A stretch of DNA of 64,000 bases, from positions 1 through 64,000 of the IMG/VR virus record IMGVR_UViG_3300025133_000060. The stretch is one strand, 5' to 3'. How positions within the stretch are numbered: position 1 is the first letter of the stretch; each line of letters opens with the position of its first letter. The stretch is from a virus. The notes under the pieces are model-generated. The model did no database searches and was not told the origin of the DNA. It saw only the letters and a program-made list of their open reading frames with translations. This document shows, one piece after another, positions 58,544 to 64,000 of this stretch. Both the position numbers and the translations under genes were made by a program.

Positions 58544-60103
58544 TCAATTGCTCCCCCTCAAAGCAATCTGTGATTCCAACCATCCTGCAAGGCCATTCAT
58601 GCCTTTGCTGACGGTCGGTGTGGGGTCGTGGCGGTTCGACTTCTTGGTCGATTCCACTACGGTTGAAGCAAGACTCTTCGGGTCTGCTTCGGGTGCTGGA
58701 GAAGGTGCATCACCAATGTGTGCTGCGACTCGCTTTGCGACTTCGGCCTCAATTGCGGCTTCGGATTCTGCGGTCTCCTTCTCGGTCGTGAGTTCTGCGA
58801 TTTGAGCCTTCAATGCTTCAACCTCATCGCTCACTTGAATGTGATTCTCGATGTCAGATAATCTCGACTCGACACCAGCCAGAGCCTTGACCACTTCAAA
58901 CAATACTTCGGTTGTGGTTGGTTCTGGTGTGGATTCTTCTTCGATTGCTTCAACAACCTCTTCAACAACCTCTTCTTCTGGGGCTGATAGTTCAACGACT
59001 TCTTCGACAACCTCTTCGGTTGCCTCTTCTTCGCTGGAATCTTCATCTGCGCTGGAATCTTCATCTGCGCTCTTAATAGTAGTAATGGGTTCGTCAACGA
59101 TAACTTCTTCGTCAACAACATCGAGAACGGTGTCCTCGACTTCTTCTGATTCAATAATGGATTCGTCAGTCATGTCGGTGGTCTCCGGTCTCTGACCCAA
59201 ACGGTTGTCGAGGGGGGTATTAAGCGAATCGGTTTCTTCGGATTCCGACTGTTGCGATTCAGATGGAGGTGAAATTGCTTGCAGTAGTGCTTTCAGGTTG
59301 TCGACTTCTCCACGAAGTTCTTCGATACTGGATGGGTTCTCCGTATCGACTTCGATACTGCCACAAGAACACATCGAACTGGCGACCGAGAGATTTTCGA
59401 CTGGCGATTCCATATCTCCACCTTCGGATGGTTCTTCGCTCGGAGATTCGGATGGCTCTTTTTCAAACAGGATTGCGATTGCATCTCCCATATCCTCATA
59501 CCCGATGATGTGCTTCTCAACATTGAATAGTGCGTTCGGCGATGCCGGAACATCGACCACACTCGTCTCAAGCCAGTCAATCTCGGTGAATGTCAGATAA
59601 CACACATCATCATCCAAACACTCTTTGACAGCCGCACGAGCGATGAACCCAATAGAGAACGCACGAAGCAATCCCTTGCGGATTTTCCTGACGATGGCCG
59701 TCTCTCCACCATCAATCAATGCTCGGCCAATCGGAACTTCACCCTCGATTCCATCCCATTCGCCCATCTCAACATCGAGCATTTTGCCGATGACTCCTGT
59801 GTCTTTACTATGATTATACAGGATGACTGGATTCTTAGAGTAGCCAGCCCACGCATTGAGGATGGCGGTTGGCGCAACGAGTTCGTTGTGGCGGTCAAGC
59901 ATATCGGCGTTGCCAACATATACAGGACCCCGCACGATAACATCATCATCATCGGCGGTTGCTCCCTCTTCTGCTTTCGCTTGGTCGGAGTAATGTTTGG
60001 TATCTATCTCGAACGGAATCTGAAAGTCCAATTTCACTTCGACTTCACGAGATTCACCTTCACGAGAAGAGAACTCATCTGTGTTCAGCAATACTGCTCG
60101 CAT
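58544..60103 (-). CDS. HK97-type prohead protease fused to an acidic scaffold
   Basis: DRHNE, NPVILYNH, IGK, FSIGF, ETSVVDVPASPNA; E-rich coiled-coil C-terminus. Confidence 0.92.
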   Translation of the reverse strand: MRAVLLNTDEFSSREGESREVEVKLDFQIPFEIDTKHYSDQAKAEEGATADDDDVIVRGPVYVGNADMLDRHNELVAPTAILNAWAGYSKNPVILYNHSKDTGVIGKMLDVEMGEWDGIEGEVPIGRALIDGGETAIVRKIRKGLLRAFSIGFIARAAVKECLDDDVCYLTFTEIDWLETSVVDVPASPNALFNVEKHIIGYEDMGDAIAILFEKEPSESPSEEPSEGGDMESPVENLSVASSMCSCGSIEVDTENPSSIEELRGEVDNLKALLQAISPPSESQQSESEETDSLNTPLDNRLGQRPETTDMTDESIIESEEVEDTVLDVVDEEVIVDEPITTIKSADEDSSADEDSSEEEATEEVVEEVVELSAPEEEVVEEVVEAIEEESTPEPTTTEVLFEVVKALAGVESRLSDIENHIQVSDEVEALKAQIAELTTEKETAESEAAIEAEVAKRVAAHIGDAPSPAPEADPKSLASTVVESTKKSNRHDPTPTVSKGMNGLAGWLESQIALRGSN

Positions 60104-60154
60104 AACCAAAGCGTTTATCGAGGCGGGTTAAGAGGGATTCGGTTCGGTATGGAA

Positions 60155-61291
60155 TCAGTTATCATCATCCGTGAATTGACTTAAATCCATACAATCAATC
60201 TCTTCATCATCCAGTAAATCTGTTGGATTCTCGTCAATCATCGGCAAGAACCAAGAGTCGAACTTGGCCGCTTTGATGTGTTCCATATTGGCATGGCTTG
60301 GGGGAATCCATTCGACTTTTTCAGCCTCGTTCAAGTGCTCATATTTTCCTCCACTCTTGGTCTCCGGCAATCTCTCGATTGCCTCACCATCCTCAAAGTC
60401 CTCAAATCCCAACACACCAGTATTGACAAATGTTATGGCATCACACGACCGACATTCCATTCCCATCCTGCCCTTTGGAATATACCCCTGTTTGAACTTC
60501 ACCCGCAGTTCGGCGAGTCCAGTTTCACCCCTATCTCGCAAAGTGAATCCATGACCTGCGATGTTATATGATTCATTATCCCACCACTCGGCCTTCTCAT
60601 AGAGTTCAGGAAAGTGGAGCCAAAGTGAATACCACGAACGGAATGATTGCTTTGGACAATGATAACACCCAAGTCGATTGAATACTGTGTAAAGTTCCAA
60701 AGCGATACCATGATGGTCTAAGAAGGCCATGCAATCGGCTTCTGTCCATTCCCATTCGGCGAGGGGGAATCTGACTTGTGGAACGCCGGATTGTAATCGC
60801 TTTGGTTCATCAATGGCGATGCCCATATATTGGTATGTAATATCCCCTGCATCCATGATTTTATCGAGTGGGTATAATTTGGCTTGTCGGGTCCACCAAC
60901 ATGGGTATAATTTGAGGGGAGCACCTCTTGGTTTTCCTTCAAATTGTCCTCTTGTTGCATTACCATAAAACCACTCATCCCATGTTCCAATCGGTGCGAC
61001 CCTCTCAATGACAAGACCCCGTTCGGGATAATGCTCGTCAAGGTATGCCTGAACTCTATCTAAGTAATCATACAATTGAGGGAACTCAAAACCTGTGTCA
61101 GCAAAAACAATACGAGTTATTGGGTATCTGATTGGGTCATCCAGTTCAAGCATTCTCAACAACATGGCCGTTGAATCCTTGCCTCCAGAGAAGCAAACAA
61201 CACCTGTCGCATCTGGAACTTCAACGAAGTTCTCCATATTCCGTTTGTGTTCTCCAACAACATACGGCGTGGGTTTAATGCGCTTCACCAT
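60155..61291 (-). CDS. PAPS reductase/DndC-like PP-loop protein
   Basis: FSGGKDS, DTGFEFP, CWW..K, FPL.EW, RLGCYHCP; class II promoter 30 nt upstream. Confidence 0.88.
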   Translation of the reverse strand: MVKRIKPTPYVVGEHKRNMENFVEVPDATGVVCFSGGKDSTAMLLRMLELDDPIRYPITRIVFADTGFEFPQLYDYLDRVQAYLDEHYPERGLVIERVAPIGTWDEWFYGNATRGQFEGKPRGAPLKLYPCWWTRQAKLYPLDKIMDAGDITYQYMGIAIDEPKRLQSGVPQVRFPLAEWEWTEADCMAFLDHHGIALELYTVFNRLGCYHCPKQSFRSWYSLWLHFPELYEKAEWWDNESYNIAGHGFTLRDRGETGLAELRVKFKQGYIPKGRMGMECRSCDAITFVNTGVLGFEDFEDGEAIERLPETKSGGKYEHLNEAEKVEWIPPSHANMEHIKAAKFDSWFLPMIDENPTDLLDDEEIDCMDLSQFTDDDN

Positions 61292-61400
61292 ACAATCAAA
61301 CAAATCTCCCACCTTTATCATTGATGGGGTGTGAATAGGATTGTGATTTAGAGCATTGATATACCGAAGCCTTTATAGGGGGAGACCCCCACGAATGTTT

Positions 61401-61691
61401 ATGAGCAACCGTAGCCCAGACAACACCTTCGAGACCGGACAGAGATACACCGCAACATCAATCTGCAATTCAGATTGCACTTGGACATTCACTATCGTCA
61501 AGCGAACTGCAAAGACCGTTTGGTTCACAACCGACTATGGAGTCGGTGCAGAAGCAGAAGTTCAACGCCGAGCAATCAAGACCGATGCAAACATCTGGAC
61601 TATTGCAGACCGAAACATCTCCGAATACTTCATGCCCTTTGGGACTTATTCGATGGCGGCTTCTTGCGGCGCTGACTCACGAGTCGCTTGA
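61401..61691 (+). CDS. Hypothetical protein (class I cassette, inverted)
   Basis: F..G..Y...SIC.SDC.W.FTIVKRTAKTV; ATG 29 nt after the class I TATA. Confidence 0.7.
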   Translation: MSNRSPDNTFETGQRYTATSICNSDCTWTFTIVKRTAKTVWFTTDYGVGAEAEVQRRAIKTDANIWTIADRNISEYFMPFGTYSMAASCGADSRVA

Positions 61692-61755
61692 GAACCCACG
61701 ACTTGGATTCCGAACACCAACGATACTCGGAGTCTCTTGTCATCAAGTTCGACAT
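61630..61755 (-). CDS. 41-aa peptide, antisense overlap with 61401-61691
   Basis: ATG exactly 30 nt after class II promoter ATGATAACGGTGGGG. Confidence 0.35.
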   Translation of the reverse strand: MSNLMTRDSEYRWCSESKSWVLKRLVSQRRKKPPSNKSQRA

Positions 61756-61781
61756 AAACGAGGGGAGACCCCCCACCGTTA

Positions 61782-62171
61782 TCATTTTGTCGAGCCGCTT
61801 CTCGCAATTACTCGCAAGACTCGATTCCCGTCTTGTTGGAATATCCTTTTGACTGATTTGCGTTGAGCAATCACCGCCGGTTCTAAGAATGGTTGGGGTC
61901 GTTGTCGGTGTGTTCCAAGTTCAACGGCTTGGGCATAATCCACTCCTGTTCCACCGCCGCCAAATTGCACGATGCGTTGATGTTGATTAACTCGCAACAC
62001 TCGACCCGATGCTCGAAGCGCACCAGTATCAACAGGGGCTCGCTTCTTCGCTTCTGTGAGGATTCGGTGGGCGACCTTATCGAGCGTCTTTGCGGTCGCT
62101 TTGACATACGCTATTTGACCCTGACCAAAGGCGAGAGATGCTTTGATGAATGGCCATCCACCTTTGCTCAT
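61782..62171 (-). CDS. HK97 gp10-like neck/tail-completion protein
   Basis: AK.RAPVDTGALRAS, YA..VE.GT, PQPFLEPA. Confidence 0.88.
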   Translation of the reverse strand: MSKGGWPFIKASLAFGQGQIAYVKATAKTLDKVAHRILTEAKKRAPVDTGALRASGRVLRVNQHQRIVQFGGGGTGVDYAQAVELGTHRQRPQPFLEPAVIAQRKSVKRIFQQDGNRVLRVIARSGSTK

Positions 62172-64000
62172 CAGTTTCCACCTTCACGCTCTGGGAGAGT
62201 TTCTATCGCCGGAACCAACACATCTTCGGGTGGAACAATCTGGTCGGGGTCGGGAGTGTCCTCAACGGCCACAAATGTGCATCGACAATTTGGATGCGCT
62301 GGAACAACCGACTTCGATTCTTCGATTTTGTATTTGGCTCCTTCATACGGAGCGCACAATGCTCTGTCGGTTTGGGTGTCGACAACGACCAATCTCTCCA
62401 CATATTGGAATCCTGCTCGCCGCATTCCAGAGATGTGTGAGTTCTCAACCACTCGGCGAGTCTCGGTTCGTGCTATGCGTGAGTAGTAGTATGATGGATA
62501 TTTTGCACCGTTGGGGTCAATCAACGAACGCATCTCGGCTGAAGCCCATTTCCATGATTCTCCACCAGACACCATTCGCTCAAAGACACCGATGACATTC
62601 TTGCGATGTGAGCCGAGTGTGTTGCGGAGAGCAGGGAGAACCCATCGCCTTCGCCAGAATGCAATCGCCGCAATATCATCGGCCATCAACGCCGAAGCCA
62701 TTCCGGTTGGTGCAAGTGTGAGAGCGAGTGAATCCGCATAAGCCGAAGTGAGCATGACTTCTGCTTCGACAATTTGCTTTTCGAGTGTTGCGGCGATATT
62801 GGTGTCAATACGGCCAATGGCGACCTCGATGTCGTTGAGCGATATTGTGTCTTTTCGTCTGAACATTTTGATGGGAATGTCAAGGTCGACATTTGGAATC
62901 TCAACCGCTTCATCGCCACCGGCGAACATCTGGTTCAATTCTCTCATCACATCGGATGCGAATTGTTCTTGTTGGTCGGCAAACATTTGTTCCATCAGGA
63001 TTGTATTCTGCCCGATGAGATTGTCATATTCGTCAGCAGATTTGATTCTCCTGTTCTGTATATCGAGCCGAATATCGGCGGATAATCCAGCCGGTTCGAG
63101 TTCATCATTCCAATCTGGAGCCGAACCTGCTCCATCGCCTTCATCAAGTGGCCGACTTTTTTCAGGGAATAAATCGTTGAGAGATGGGGGAGTCGCTGGA
63201 TTCTCACCTTCACCGCCGAGCGCATCCGCACCAGCATTGATGGATAACTTCGGAGAGAGATAGAATGGGTCGTCTGCTTCGGGTTCGCTCAATCGCTCAA
63301 GACCAAGCATCTGGCGAGCCTCGTTGATACTGACCACACCTTCTTGGCGCAGATTGCTGATTGCATTCGACTCGGCCTTGCGAGTCTCGGCCAGTTCTTT
63401 TTCACGGCTCGGTCGGATGGTCGTGAAATTGAATATCCATTCGTCAATCCCAAGCAACGGCAACAGGCGATTGTTGATGACGGCTTCGATTCGGCGATGG
63501 AATGATTCAATCACATCATACCACGCATCCAATTGTTGTTCTGGATTTGACATTTTGCCTGTTTGGACCCAACCCAATTTCATTGGTGGGATTCCGAACA
63601 CAGCGCAAATCTCTTCACGATAGTAATAGAGCAAATCCAATTGCGCCCCTTCACGAGTCGAATCGAGAACCCTGTGCATATTGAATCCTGTTCCACCATT
63701 GACGGCGACCAACCCGAACGGTGATTTACCACCAGTCAATTGTTGCTCAAGTAGTGAGAGCATCGCCTTCATCTCGGCGTTGCTGATGTCGCCGACATTG
63801 AGGATGGTCTTGGGGAGAGTTCCGGTATAGAGTTCGTTCAGATAATTCGACAGGTTCAGGTGTCCGGCGATGACATTCAACAAGGCGATGAGTGGTGAAG
63901 TTCCATACGCTCGGCCATGCTTGAACTTTGAAATGTGAATCACTTTGTCGGCGGAGAATTGTCGAGTCTCGCCATTGACCTTCTGCGTATAGGCCATTTT
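62171..64000 (-). CDS. Portal protein fused to a C-terminal MuF (SPP1 gp7-like) domain; 5' end beyond the window
   Basis: YG.SPL, EICAVFGIPP..LG, SINEAR..LGL (portal); RIARTET...P.HPNCRC (MuF). Confidence 0.9.
   Translation of the reverse strand, partial: KMAYTQKVNGETRQFSADKVIHISKFKHGRAYGTSPLIALLNVIAGHLNLSNYLNELYTGTLPKTILNVGDISNAEMKAMLSLLEQQLTGGKSPFGLVAVNGGTGFNMHRVLDSTREGAQLDLLYYYREEICAVFGIPPMKLGWVQTGKMSNPEQQLDAWYDVIESFHRRIEAVINNRLLPLLGIDEWIFNFTTIRPSREKELAETRKAESNAISNLRQEGVVSINEARQMLGLERLSEPEADDPFYLSPKLSINAGADALGGEGENPATPPSLNDLFPEKSRPLDEGDGAGSAPDWNDELEPAGLSADIRLDIQNRRIKSADEYDNLIGQNTILMEQMFADQQEQFASDVMRELNQMFAGGDEAVEIPNVDLDIPIKMFRRKDTISLNDIEVAIGRIDTNIAATLEKQIVEAEVMLTSAYADSLALTLAPTGMASALMADDIAAIAFWRRRWVLPALRNTLGSHRKNVIGVFERMVSGGESWKWASAEMRSLIDPNGAKYPSYYYSRIARTETRRVVENSHISGMRRAGFQYVERLVVVDTQTDRALCAPYEGAKYKIEESKSVVPAHPNCRCTFVAVEDTPDPDQIVPPEDVLVPAIETLPEREGGN

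Larger units (their letters stand above)
1013..62810. repeat. Dispersed 14-bp palindrome TATYGRNNYCRATA (27 copies found by eye)
   Basis: Starts: 1013, 2565, 7828, 10696, 12661, 13431, 15383, 16833, 17561, 19943, 24783, 25643, 26795, 29853, 32434, 34227, 36978, 37877, 38869, 40797, 44173, 44774, 47476, 54337, 56613, 59344, 62797. Confidence 0.9.

Overview
A 64-kb segment of a tailed (HK97-fold, siphovirus-like) archaeal virus genome. The gene set and leaderless TATA promoters best fit a 'magrovirus' of Marine Group II/Poseidoniales; this host is inferred, not proven. Almost all genes are on the minus strand. Reading right to left: portal-MuF fusion, neck/head genes, prohead protease-scaffold, major capsid protein, adaptor, tail terminator, tube, chaperone (with a -1 frameshift site), tape measure and three large tail proteins. 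Then a candidate origin and a near-complete archaeal-type replisome (XPD/DinG helicase, MCM-like helicase, RPA-like SSB, ATPase/nuclease pair, PCNA-like clamp, PriS-PriL fusion, XPF/ERCC4, two RFC subunits, PolB), a MoxR-VWA pair, and a collagen-like fibre gene at the left edge. The most unusual signals are outside the ORF track. (1) A 14-bp palindrome, TATYGRNNYCRATA, occurs 27 times by my manual count (about 0.06 expected), mostly inside genes and in all three reading frames. (2) About 12 small accessory cassettes share a conserved 24-75 bp promoter repeat. (3) A ~300-nt highly structured RNA has its own promoter and terminator, and there are two or three smaller structured RNA elements. (4) Three promoter classes map onto accessory, replication and structural genes. 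(5) Several 4-bp palindromes appear to be absent. All counts were made by eye and need computational confirmation.
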